64,000 nucleotides of DNA from an uncultured Selenomonadales bacterium (GCA_946183785.1 CAMHCS010000003.1:317-64316); one strand, 5' to 3'; shown: positions 7,602 through 16,889, counted from the first letter of the stretch. The notes: generated by a model from the letters alone, not told the origin. Translations and numbers: made by a program.

Positions 7602-10600
7602 ATGAAAAAATGGCCTTGGCCTGTTGTGGCAAGCGGCGCAATAGGGCTTCTCTTTTTCATATGCGTGTGTTTTTTCGTTCTTGCGGGAACCGAGCGATTC
7701 ATGGCGGGCATGGGGCAGCTCGCGGGCGAAAAAGGTTCCGAGATTCTCGGCTCCCGGGTCGAGATTGGCGGAGTGCGTGTGGATTCGCCCTGGTCGCTCA
7801 CGGTGCGTGATATTACGCTTTATGACAAGCGGAACGAGATCCTGGCGAAGGCGGAATCAGCGGCGGTGCGGTTCAGCCTTTTTGGTATGCTCACGAAGAA
7901 ACCTGCCGAAGCCGTAGAGGACGTATTGGTGCGCCGACCTGAGGCATGGATTGCGAAGCGTGCGGACGGCTCCTGGAATTATCAGGATTTAATCGAGGAA
8001 GAAAGCGAGCCCAGCGGCTTTCACGGCGTCGTGCGGAGCGAATTCGGGGCTGCCGAGCTTTCGATGGACGGCAGGACGCTTCGTGCGTCTGAAATCAATG
8101 GGAGCGTCGATTTCGAGGACGCGAAGACGATGAAGCTCAACCTGAAAGCGAGCTCTGACAGGGCGGCGATTGCCGCCGAAGGGGCGGTGGGGGACGAAAA
8201 TGCGGCCTTGGAGATTGCAGGCTCGGACATTGAGATGCAGCCCTATCTGGCATGGCTGCCTGTCGGCATGTTGCCGGAGTCGGTGACGATTCGCGGCGGC
8301 CTTTTGAAGACGCTGACGGCTTCCGTGGCAAAACGCGGTGACGATATTACGTGCCGGGGAAATGCGGAGCTTTCCGGCGGAGCGGTGCGCGTATTGGATA
8401 CTGAAATCCGGGCAATAGAGGGTACGGCGGAATTTACGGAGCGGGATGTGATGCTGGCGGTGGAGGCTGAGGCTGAAGGGCAAAAAGCCTCGGTGCGCGG
8501 ATGCGTCAGCTTTTCCGGCGACGAGCCGCAGCTCCGGTTGATTGCCCGCTCGGAATCTTTTGACCCGGGCGAAGTGATGAAGGATATTCCGTTTCACGGC
8601 GCGGTGGCGTTTACAGCGCACGTTACAGGCACGGCTTCTTCGCCGGAGGTCAGCGGCGAGTTCCGGGCTGCGGATGGAAGGCTGGAGGATTTCGCTTTCA
8701 CTGACGCGCGGGCGCAGGCGTCTTATGCGGGCGGACGGGTTACGGTGCGCTCTTTGGCGGCGGAGATATTCGGCGGGCATGTTGAGGGGGCGGGCGAGTT
8801 TGACGCGCCGACGGGATTTTTTGACGGCCATGCCGTGTTCACGGAAATGGACGCCGCACAGCTTGAGGCGTTCCTTCCGGGGCTCTCGGGCCGCGTTTCA
8901 GGAGATTTGGGCTTTGCGGGAAATCTCGATGCGCTGGAAGACGTTTCTGTTTACGGCAGTGTAATGGGCCATGATTTCTCGTATCTTGACATTTCCGCGC
9001 CGGAGATTTCCACATCTTTTTTCCATGATGCGGAGAAAACCCGGATCGATTATTTGAGCCTGCATCTGGAAAACGGCGGGGAAGTCGGCGTCGAAGGGAC
9101 GGCGTTGGGGATGGAGACGCTCGACCTGGCGTTTTTCGCGACTCATGTCGATCTTTCGCTGTTGTCCCGCATCGATCCCGTTCTCGACATGGCGGGATTC
9201 GGCGACGCGCACGGGACCGTGCGCGGCCCGATGGAAAATCCGTCGGTGACGGCGGATTTCGCGGCCATTCACGGCCAACTGTTCAAGCAGCCATATCGGA
9301 CGCTGCACGGTTCGGCCAGCGGGAGCCTCGACGGCGTTCGCATCGATTCGTTCTCGATGGAAAACGGCGGCAAGGTTACCTGGCTGGCCCAGGGAGTCGT
9401 CGGCTTGACGGGGGCGCGTCGCGTCGATCTGCGGATTGACACGGTCGGCGCGCGTTTGGAGGATTTCGCCGCGTTGGTGGCGCCGGAACAAAAGATTACG
9501 GGTGACATCGATAATGTTGTCACGGTTACGGGTACGCTGGACAATCCATCGGTGGTCGGTTATATCAGTTCCCATCGAGGCAGCTACAACGGTTATCTGC
9601 TCTCCGGCATGGAGGGAGACTATACGATGCAAAACGGCGTGCTGACGGTGCAGGATTTCCATATTTACTCGCCGCTGGTCGATATGGATCTGAACGGCAC
9701 GGTAGCGGTGGATACGAGGAAGCTGGATCTCGCGGTGGCAGTTCACGATATTGATTTGCGGCGGTTCGAAAAAAAGCTTCCATATCCGATCGAGGGGCAT
9801 GGCGTATTTGACGGTCATATCTTCGGCACACTGGACGAGCCGATTTTCGACGGCAAGCTTACGGCCCGGACGTTGACGCTGAACGGAGAGACGATTACCG
9901 ACGCTGCGGGCGAAGTGCATATGCGCGGTTCGCAGATTGAGCTGAACCCGTTTGCGTTCCGTCAGAACGGCGGTACCTACTCGCTCCGTCTGGCTGGGAA
10001 CCTCGCCGACGAGCGGCTTTCCGGAAAGGTGAAAGTGGAGCAGGGAGACCTTGGCGCGATGCTTTCCGTCGCCAATCTGAAAAACGAGGCGGTGCACGGA
10101 CGCGTCAACGCCGAAATCGACCTCGGAGGTACGATGTCGGTTCCGCGGGTCTCATTGCGCGGCATTTTGACAGAGGGCGACGTCCGAGGCTATCCGCTGA
10201 CGGATGTTTCGCTGGACGCAGGCCTTTTGGGCCGTGTGGTGACGCTGCGGCGCTTTGAGGGGCATCAAGGCACGGGCATGTTAGCCGCGACGGGTACCAT
10301 CGATCTTGACGGCGCGATTGACGCGCGCCTTTCCGCGCAAAAAATACAGGCCGGTCTTTTGTCGGCGGCCGCCGGATTGAATACGGAGGCCGTGGGTACG
10401 TTGGATTTGGAAGCGCAGTTTGGCGGCACGATGGATCATCCGTTGGCGGACGCATCACTGACGATAACGGACGGCGGCGTCCGTGGTTCGACCTTTGATT
10501 CACTGACAGGGCTTTTCCATTTGCGGGGCGACGTCATTGAACTGGAGCAGGTGGTCGCGACGAAGGCCGAGGGCGCAAAGACCTACCGGGCCAGTGCGTC

Positions 10601-11933
10601 CGGCATGTTGCCCCTGAAGGCGTTCACAGCGCAGCCGGGTGAGGAACTTTCCGAATATGACAGAATCAATCTTCGCCTCGCGCTGGATGACGCCGACCTT
10701 GGCCTCTTGCCGCTGCTGTCGAAGGAGATCGAGTGGGCGCTGGGCGAGACGGACGGAAACGTAGTAATCGGCGGCTCGCTGGCCGCGCCAACCTTCGATG
10801 GGGCCGTCCGTATCAAGAACGGTTCAGTGAAATTCAAATCGTTGAAAATTCCCGTGACGGAGCTGAACTTCGGCCTCATCATGGAGGGCGATTTCCTTTC
10901 CATTGAGGAAGGCGCTTCCGGCAGAATGGGCAAGGGGATGTTTAAAATCGGAGGCGCGACACGGCTGGATGGTCAGACGCCCGTCGACTATCATCTGAAC
11001 GTGGACGCGGACAAACTGGAAATTGCTTCCCTGTTCTTCACGGGTCCGGTGACTGCCTCTTTCGACTTGCGGGAGGGCGAGATTTACGGACGTCGCTTGC
11101 CGAAGCTGACAGGGCGGCTGGCGGTCGACGATGTTCTCGTCTCGATTCCGTCGATTCCTGACAGCGAGGGCGAGCTGCCGCATATGATTCTCGATTTCGG
11201 GCTGGAAATCGGTAAACACACGCACTTTTACAGTGCGGGGCTTTACGACCTCTGGATTCAGGGCTCGGCGCATTTCGGCGGCACGACGCGTCATCCGCAG
11301 CAGTCCGGGACAATTTCTGTGCGGCGCGGCAGGGTGCAGTATTTGCAGACTTCCTTCCGCGTAGTTGAAGGCGAGGCGTATTTCAACCAGGTCGATTCGT
11401 TCCTGCCCAGCGTTACTTTCAAGGCGACGGCTCGTATGAATCGTACACGCATTATGCTCGGCATCGACGGTCCGGTGCAGCAGATGAAATTTACGCTGAC
11501 GTCAAGCCCGGAGATGAGCCAACAGGAAATATTGCGGCTGTTGACGTTCCGGGGGGCGTCCGCGAAGGGCGGAAACCAGGAATCGGCGGAGGCGCAGAGG
11601 AACGCGCTTCTTTTGGCGGGACTTCAGATGAGCGTCCTTGGCGAGGTGCAGAATGCGATCCGCGACCTTTTGCAGCTTGACGAACTGACTTTTTCGACAG
11701 GAACTTTCGAAAAAGGTGAAAAAGGGGCAGACAAACAGGCGATTGAGGCGTATAATATACAAATAGGCAAGTATGTCACTGACAAGGTCATGCTTCGTTA
11801 TACGCAGAGCCTGAGCGAGGACTTGCGGCGATATGGCGTGCGCTACGACTTTACGGACCGCTTCAGCGCGTTCGTGTTGCGTGATGAGAAGAACCACAAC
11901 TGGTTCGGCCTTGAAGCTCGGTTTTCGTTCTAG
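7602..11933 (+). CDS. tamB: Translocation and assembly module protein TamB (AsmA-like, DUF490-type C-terminus)
   Basis: About 1443 aa from ATG 7602, preceded by AAGGAGGGA. N-terminal anchor WPVVASGAIGLLFFICVCFFVLAG and a long beta-rich body. C-terminus YVTDKVMLRYTQSL...FGLEARFSF is typical of TamB. The ORF track extends the start to 7557. Confidence 0.85.
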   Translation: MKKWPWPVVASGAIGLLFFICVCFFVLAGTERFMAGMGQLAGEKGSEILGSRVEIGGVRVDSPWSLTVRDITLYDKRNEILAKAESAAVRFSLFGMLTKKPAEAVEDVLVRRPEAWIAKRADGSWNYQDLIEEESEPSGFHGVVRSEFGAAELSMDGRTLRASEINGSVDFEDAKTMKLNLKASSDRAAIAAEGAVGDENAALEIAGSDIEMQPYLAWLPVGMLPESVTIRGGLLKTLTASVAKRGDDITCRGNAELSGGAVRVLDTEIRAIEGTAEFTERDVMLAVEAEAEGQKASVRGCVSFSGDEPQLRLIARSESFDPGEVMKDIPFHGAVAFTAHVTGTASSPEVSGEFRAADGRLEDFAFTDARAQASYAGGRVTVRSLAAEIFGGHVEGAGEFDAPTGFFDGHAVFTEMDAAQLEAFLPGLSGRVSGDLGFAGNLDALEDVSVYGSVMGHDFSYLDISAPEISTSFFHDAEKTRIDYLSLHLENGGEVGVEGTALGMETLDLAFFATHVDLSLLSRIDPVLDMAGFGDAHGTVRGPMENPSVTADFAAIHGQLFKQPYRTLHGSASGSLDGVRIDSFSMENGGKVTWLAQGVVGLTGARRVDLRIDTVGARLEDFAALVAPEQKITGDIDNVVTVTGTLDNPSVVGYISSHRGSYNGYLLSGMEGDYTMQNGVLTVQDFHIYSPLVDMDLNGTVAVDTRKLDLAVAVHDIDLRRFEKKLPYPIEGHGVFDGHIFGTLDEPIFDGKLTARTLTLNGETITDAAGEVHMRGSQIELNPFAFRQNGGTYSLRLAGNLADERLSGKVKVEQGDLGAMLSVANLKNEAVHGRVNAEIDLGGTMSVPRVSLRGILTEGDVRGYPLTDVSLDAGLLGRVVTLRRFEGHQGTGMLAATGTIDLDGAIDARLSAQKIQAGLLSAAAGLNTEAVGTLDLEAQFGGTMDHPLADASLTITDGGVRGSTFDSLTGLFHLRGDVIELEQVVATKAEGAKTYRASASGMLPLKAFTAQPGEELSEYDRINLRLALDDADLGLLPLLSKEIEWALGETDGNVVIGGSLAAPTFDGAVRIKNGSVKFKSLKIPVTELNFGLIMEGDFLSIEEGASGRMGKGMFKIGGATRLDGQTPVDYHLNVDADKLEIASLFFTGPVTASFDLREGEIYGRRLPKLTGRLAVDDVLVSIPSIPDSEGELPHMILDFGLEIGKHTHFYSAGLYDLWIQGSAHFGGTTRHPQQSGTISVRRGRVQYLQTSFRVVEGEAYFNQVDSFLPSVTFKATARMNRTRIMLGIDGPVQQMKFTLTSSPEMSQQEILRLLTFRGASAKGGNQESAEAQRNALLLAGLQMSVLGEVQNAIRDLLQLDELTFSTGTFEKGEKGADKQAIEAYNIQIGKYVTDKVMLRYTQSLSEDLRRYGVRYDFTDRFSAFVLRDEKNHNWFGLEARFSF

Positions 11934-11962
11934 TATAACAAAACGTTAAGGGGGCGAGCAGG

Positions 11963-12604
11963 CTGCGTCTGGATGAATATATTCGAGAGCTGAAAAAAAT
12001 AGAGCTGCTGTCGCCGGAGGAGGAAGCGAGCCTTTGGGACGCCTGCAAGCATCGGCGGGACGAGTTCGCACGGACCCGGTTGATTCAGTCGTATCAGCCT
12101 CTTGTCTTCAAGCAGGCATTGCCTTATCGCGCATCCGAATACATCATGGATGTAATCCAGGAGGGAACGGTAGGCCTGATCGAGGCGGTGGAAAGTTTTG
12201 AACCCGGGCGGGGCGTTGCCTTCAGCCTGTTCGCCGTCCATCGGATTCGCGGGAGGATGAAGGATTTTCTGAAAAAGGAAGGCGCCTCCGATATTGCTTG
12301 CATCGACGGTATGGCAGATGCGGAGGGGATTCCCGCGAAGGAACGCATCGTCGATCCCGGCGCACTGCCGGAGGAGCAGGCGGAAAGCCATGCGCTGGCC
12401 GAGCGCCTCCGGGAGGCAATGGCTCGATTGCCGCAGAAGGAACGCATCGTTCTCGAGGAGGTTTATCTGTCTGGCGGTGAGATTGGCGGCGTGGCCGATG
12501 AACTGCATTTAAGCACGTCGCATATCTATCGTCTGCAGAAGACCGGTATTCGACGGATTCGCGGCATGATGGCACGGTTCATGCAGCATTGGCGCGAAAA
12601 ATAG
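11963..12604 (+). CDS. Sigma-70 family RNA polymerase sigma factor (regions 2 and 4; short or absent region 3)
   Basis: Region 2 DVIQEGTVGLIEAVESFEPGRGVAFSLFAVHRIRGRMKDFL; region 4 LPQKERIVLEEVYL...VADELHLSTSHIYRLQKTGIRRIR. Conserved upstream sequence ELLSPEEEASLWDACKHRRDEFARTRLIQSYQPLVFK lies before the first listed start (TTG 12080). The frame is open from 11939 with no ATG or GTG. CTG 11963 follows AAGGGGG, so the start is uncertain. Confidence 0.8.
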   Translation: MRLDEYIRELKKIELLSPEEEASLWDACKHRRDEFARTRLIQSYQPLVFKQALPYRASEYIMDVIQEGTVGLIEAVESFEPGRGVAFSLFAVHRIRGRMKDFLKKEGASDIACIDGMADAEGIPAKERIVDPGALPEEQAESHALAERLREAMARLPQKERIVLEEVYLSGGEIGGVADELHLSTSHIYRLQKTGIRRIRGMMARFMQHWREK

Positions 12605-12738
12605 CTATATAGTACAGTGCAGCGGTGATAAACCGAAATAAACGACGCAGGTGTGGAGCGGTCGGACGTATTCCCGTGAGGAAGGATGCGTTTGCCGGCA
12701 GAGTTTATTATAGTTATATTCCGAAGGGAGGGGGAGGC

Positions 12739-13338
12739 ATGGAGAGCGGAACGGAAGACAGGAGCCGTCTTCGCCGTCATGTGCGTGCGGCACGGGAATG
12801 GCTGGGACGGGCCGAGGATTCGCTGGACCGAGCCGAGGATGTGCGCGGCGATCTGAATCTGATGTTGGCTCGGGCGGAGCTTGCCAGGGCGCAGGAAACA
12901 GAGCGTCCCGCCGCTTCGGTGATATGGGTTCGACGGGCTGCTCCTCTTTGCGCTGCGCTGTTATTGGCCGGTATCAGCCTTTCCACATGGCGCAGCGTGG
13001 CGGACGTTCCGCCTCCTGCCTTGGAGCGACGCGCAGGGGAAGCGGCAGTTGATGCCGGCGTTTCCAGCCGCCCGAGGGAAACGATTCCAATCCCGTCAAT
13101 CCCGCAGGCGGACGCAGTTCCCGTCATGGAGGAGAAAGAAGGCACCGTCGAGTTTTTCCCTGCGGAGCCTGAAAGTCGGGAAGCGTTTGCGGAAACCGTC
13201 GATCCCGTGCGAGAGTCGGCGGAGTCTTCGGAAGCGGTGCAGGAATCTCCGGGTGCGCGGCTTCCATCCGAGGAAATGCAGCGGTTGATGAACAGCGCGG
13301 GGCAAAGCCTTCGCGCGACCAATATAGATTATAGGTAG
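12739..13338 (+). CDS. Single-pass membrane protein of unknown function (candidate anti-sigma factor, speculative)
   Basis: ATG 12739 preceded by GAAGGGAGGGGGAGG. Charged helical N-terminus (RLRRHVRAAREWLGRAEDSLDRAEDVRGDLNLMLARAELARAQE), one TM (AAPLCAALLLAGISLSTW), and an acidic P/E/S/A-rich C-terminal tail. Confidence 0.6.
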   Translation: MESGTEDRSRLRRHVRAAREWLGRAEDSLDRAEDVRGDLNLMLARAELARAQETERPAASVIWVRRAAPLCAALLLAGISLSTWRSVADVPPPALERRAGEAAVDAGVSSRPRETIPIPSIPQADAVPVMEEKEGTVEFFPAEPESREAFAETVDPVRESAESSEAVQESPGARLPSEEMQRLMNSAGQSLRATNIDYR

Positions 13339-13377
13339 AAGAGCAAAGGAAAGAGAAGCGTTTTGGGAGGTTTCAAT

Positions 13378-15492
13378 TTGGACAAGAAGACGTATCGGAC
13401 ATTGGCTTGCACGGCGGCAATCGCTGCGGGGTTTGCGGCTGCGCCCCTCGGGACTGCGCATGCGGAGGAAGCGGAGACGAAGCAGCAGGCAGTAATTGCC
13501 GTGCCGGATATCACCGCCGTGCCGACGGAGGTCGTTCCCGCTCCGGTGGTGACCGAGGAAGAAGCAATGGCGCGACAGGAAGAGGAGGATGCGAGACTGC
13601 GAGCCGAGGCGGAACGGAAGGCCGCCGAGGAAGCGGAACGCAGGGCGCGGGAGGAAGAGGAACGAAAGGCGGAAGAGGAACGCCGAGCCGCCGAGGCCGC
13701 CCAACGCGCCGCTGAAGAGGCCGCACGTCGTGCTGCCGAGGAGGCTGCGGCAGCGAAAGCCGCGGAAGCCATCACTACGACTCGAGGCGCCGTCCCCGCC
13801 GAGCACTGGGCAGAAATGCGTCCCGATGAACAGGCCATTGCCCTGCGCCAAAAATCCTTGGTCGGCCAGACCGTGGTCGACGTGGTATTTGATGGCGCCA
13901 GTGCCGCGACGCTGCCGAAAGCGCAGACGGCGGTTCTTTCCCGTCCGGGCGACGTTTTCGCCGAGGACACCATTGACAAGGATCGGGCGGCTATTTATGA
14001 CGTAGGTCTTTTCTATGATATTTTCCCGACTTTTGAAATCGTGCCCGAGGGCGTCATTGTCACTTATCATCTGCTGGAAAACCCGGTGCTGCATTCCGTC
14101 TCCATTGAGGGCAACACCGCAATCAAGACGGAAGAACTTCGCCGATTGATCACGGTTCCAGAGGGCGAAATGCTGAACACCAAGACGCTCCATGAGAATT
14201 TGCAGGCAATTTCGGATCGTTACCACAAGGACGGCTATATCCTCGTCAAGGTCAACAACCTCGACGTTGGCCGCGACGGAAACCTGAAAATCGACATCAA
14301 TGAAGGCAAGCTGGAAAACTGTATCGTCAAGGGCAATACCAAGACGAAGGATCGCGTCGTGCTTCGCGAAATCCGCATGAAACCGGGCGATCCCTTCAAC
14401 GCGAAAAAAGCGCGCCGCAGTATGCAGCGTATTTATAACCTCGGCTTTTTCGACGATGTGAATATGAAGCTGAACCCCGGTATTGAGCCGAATTCTGTCG
14501 TGCTCGAGGTGGATGTGGTTGAAAAGCGCACGGGCAACTTCACCATCGGCGCCGGCTATTCCAGTTCGGACGGCTTCGTTGGTATGGTGGGGCTCGGCGA
14601 CAAGAATTTCCGGGGCATTGGCGACGCCGTCAATCTGACCTTCGAGTTCAGCGGCGACGATACGGATAACCACGGCTTTACATTCTCCTATCGACGGCCG
14701 TGGCTCGACAGAAAAGAGACGGCAGTCACGTTCCGTATTTACAACCGTACCTACAGATTTTATGATTACAATAAGGACGGCAACATTGTTGAAGAATTCA
14801 TGCGGAAGTACACGGGCGGCGAGTTCACCTTCAGCCGTCCCGTCAGCGAAGTATCGACGAACTTTATTACGCTTCGCAGTCGCGAGGATCGCTATATTAA
14901 ACATTATTCCGATCTTGATCGCAGCATTCCGAAGTATGATGACTGGCGGAATAAGAATTTTGGCCGGACGAACAGCGTAATCCTTGAGCATGTTACCGAT
15001 ACCCGGGACAACGTATTCTATCCGATGAAGGGCAACAAACTGAACCTTACGGCGGAATATGCGGGCGTCGGCGGCGATTTCCATTACCAGAAGTACACGG
15101 TGGAGGAAAATTACTATATCAAAGCCGGTCATGCGCAGGTCTTCGCAATTCGCGGCATATACGGACGCGGCGGCAGCGGCTACATTTCTGAATACAGCCA
15201 GTTCCGCATCGGCGGGCAGAACACTCTGCGCGGCTATCGCGACGAGCAGTTCCGCGGTAACAGTATGTATCTCGGTACGCTCGAATACCGCTTCCCGGTC
15301 TTCAGCAAGGTGAACGGAGCGCTGTTCACGGATGTCGGCAGCGCATGGAATTCGGGTTGGACGCCGGACAAGAGTTACGCCTCTATCGGCTTCGGCCTTT
15401 CGATCAATACGCCGGTGGGGCCGATTCGTGTCGATCTCGCTCATGGATCCCAGGGCAACCGCGTGCATTTCAGCGTTGGCGGCTCGTTCTGA
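13378..15492 (+). CDS. bamA: Outer membrane protein assembly factor BamA (Omp85 family) with an E/R/A/K-rich N-terminal insertion
   Basis: TTG 13378 sits 7 nt after GGGAGG. Signal peptide ends AAPLGTAHA. POTRA-like repeats, then a beta-barrel with GGQNTLRGY and C-terminus VHFSVGGSF. Confidence 0.88.
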   Translation: MDKKTYRTLACTAAIAAGFAAAPLGTAHAEEAETKQQAVIAVPDITAVPTEVVPAPVVTEEEAMARQEEEDARLRAEAERKAAEEAERRAREEEERKAEEERRAAEAAQRAAEEAARRAAEEAAAAKAAEAITTTRGAVPAEHWAEMRPDEQAIALRQKSLVGQTVVDVVFDGASAATLPKAQTAVLSRPGDVFAEDTIDKDRAAIYDVGLFYDIFPTFEIVPEGVIVTYHLLENPVLHSVSIEGNTAIKTEELRRLITVPEGEMLNTKTLHENLQAISDRYHKDGYILVKVNNLDVGRDGNLKIDINEGKLENCIVKGNTKTKDRVVLREIRMKPGDPFNAKKARRSMQRIYNLGFFDDVNMKLNPGIEPNSVVLEVDVVEKRTGNFTIGAGYSSSDGFVGMVGLGDKNFRGIGDAVNLTFEFSGDDTDNHGFTFSYRRPWLDRKETAVTFRIYNRTYRFYDYNKDGNIVEEFMRKYTGGEFTFSRPVSEVSTNFITLRSREDRYIKHYSDLDRSIPKYDDWRNKNFGRTNSVILEHVTDTRDNVFYPMKGNKLNLTAEYAGVGGDFHYQKYTVEENYYIKAGHAQVFAIRGIYGRGGSGYISEYSQFRIGGQNTLRGYRDEQFRGNSMYLGTLEYRFPVFSKVNGALFTDVGSAWNSGWTPDKSYASIGFGLSINTPVGPIRVDLAHGSQGNRVHFSVGGSF

Positions 15493-15493
15493 T

Positions 15494-16792
15494 ATGAAAG
15501 GCATGAAAAAAATGCGGCGGTTTTTCGCCGCATTTTTCGCTGTTGTCATATGGTTGTTTGGCGCGTCTGCCGTACAAGCCGCAGGCACGGTGGACGAGGT
15601 CACGGCTGGCGTCGAGGCTGCTGCGCCGATTCCTGTGATTGTGCGGAGACGCATGGAGACAACGGTGTCCGCCATCGGCTTGCAGCTTCTGGCGGGGCGC
15701 CGGATTGCCGACGTGGAGACCGCTCGGGCGCAACAGGAAGCAATCATTCATGAAGTTTTTGATAAAGTGCTTGTCGGTTATTCCGTTGAAAAAGTATCGC
15801 TGTCTGTCGGTGAAGTCTCTCGGATTGAGGTCCGTCTCGCGCCGTGGGCAGACGTCATACACGCCGTTCATGTGGAGGTGACTGTCGAGGGGATGCCGGC
15901 GCCCGTCGAGGAGATGGCGCGCCGCGACCTTGCGGATGTGGGCAGCGTTTTCGGCGCAGGCATGAGCGGTTTGCCTGTGGCAGCCAGCGACTGGACGAAC
16001 GGCGTCCTGAAGCGAAGCCTTCAGGAATACATGGATGCGCATCTGCCGGAATTTCGCGCCGATTTCGACGTCGAACCGGGATCGGAGACGAGAGTCGCGT
16101 TAACGGTTTATCCGAGGCTTCCGGTGGTACGGACGGTCGATCTCAGCATGCGGAGCGATTCGATTCCGAATTTCACGCTGCTTAATCATCGCAGATTCAT
16201 GCAGGACAACGTAAATATGCTGATAGGCGTGCCGGTGGCATTCGTCGAGCGCCATCAGACTGAGTTTGAGGAAATGTTCGCCGCGTCGCTGGATTCGAAA
16301 TCCGATTTTCACGCGCTGGATCTTCATACAAAGGTCTCCCTGCGTCCCGGCTGCGATATGGAAGTCATGAGCCGGTCGGATACGAAGAAATATCTGATCC
16401 GGCTTGAAGGCTGGGCTGACGTTTCCCACAAGGATGCGGACGGAAACTCCACGATGTTTCGGCTGCATGCAGGCAAGCGATTTTCGCCCCGGGATGAATT
16501 TTTCGTGCAGACCGACGTCTCGCCGCAGGATATGAAATGGACCTGGGCGTTGGGCTATACACGCCATCTTGCAGATGCAACGCGATTCATAGCGCGTTAT
16601 GATATACGCGGCGAGAAGATGATTCTTGGCGGCGAGCAGGAATTTGGGAGGAAATGGATGCTTCGCTACGAATACCGCTGGACCGATCAACGCGGGGAAG
16701 GTGCGCTTCGCTACCGACTGCACGATTTCCTGAGCCTTGAGTATGTAATCGACAAGGATGACAACTGGCTTAGGGTTATTGGTAATTTTTGA
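15494..16792 (+). CDS. Signal-peptide-bearing hypothetical outer membrane protein, start 1 nt after the bamA stop
   Basis: MKGMKKMRRFFAAFFAVVIWLFGASAVQA signal peptide. The C-terminal third has alternating-hydrophobic strands and ends NWLRVIGNF, an OMP-like terminal Phe. The ORF-track start at 15332 overlaps bamA and is rejected. Confidence 0.7.
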   Translation: MKGMKKMRRFFAAFFAVVIWLFGASAVQAAGTVDEVTAGVEAAAPIPVIVRRRMETTVSAIGLQLLAGRRIADVETARAQQEAIIHEVFDKVLVGYSVEKVSLSVGEVSRIEVRLAPWADVIHAVHVEVTVEGMPAPVEEMARRDLADVGSVFGAGMSGLPVAASDWTNGVLKRSLQEYMDAHLPEFRADFDVEPGSETRVALTVYPRLPVVRTVDLSMRSDSIPNFTLLNHRRFMQDNVNMLIGVPVAFVERHQTEFEEMFAASLDSKSDFHALDLHTKVSLRPGCDMEVMSRSDTKKYLIRLEGWADVSHKDADGNSTMFRLHAGKRFSPRDEFFVQTDVSPQDMKWTWALGYTRHLADATRFIARYDIRGEKMILGGEQEFGRKWMLRYEYRWTDQRGEGALRYRLHDFLSLEYVIDKDDNWLRVIGNF

Positions 16793-16804
16793 TGAAAAAA
16801 GAAG

Positions 16805-16836
16805 CTCCGCTCAGTGAATTCAGAGCGGAGTTTTTT
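16805..16836 (+). terminator. Intrinsic terminator ending the tamB-bamA-OMP transcription unit
   Basis: Stem CTCCGCT (16805-16811) / AGCGGAG (16824-16830) followed by TTTTTT (16831-16836). Confidence 0.75.
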
Positions 16837-16889
16837 GTCGTTATGGAATTACGTGTTGAGAGTTCGCGCACAACGTCGAGTCGTGAAAA

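Noticed and set aside
13407-14005. Several 70-140-aa ORFs in alternative frames over the bamA E/R/A-rich segment
   Set aside because: They are artefacts of the GAGGAAG/GCCGCC-rich repetitive coding DNA. All are R/G/P-rich and nested within bamA.
15332-15493. Upstream extension of the post-bamA OMP gene overlapping the bamA 3' end; likewise 7557-7601 (tamB), 35985-36179 (nucleotidase), 26434-26472 (fabZ) and 12625-12738 (TM protein)
   Set aside because: The extensions precede obvious signal peptides or conserved N-termini and lack RBSs. The internal starts have good Shine-Dalgarno spacing.
13096-15747. 883-aa ORF on the minus strand, antisense to bamA
   Set aside because: The plus-strand frame encodes a convincing BamA (signal peptide, POTRA repeats, Omp85 barrel). 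The antisense translation is low-complexity, R/A/G-rich and has no motifs. Long antisense ORFs are expected in high-GC3 genes.
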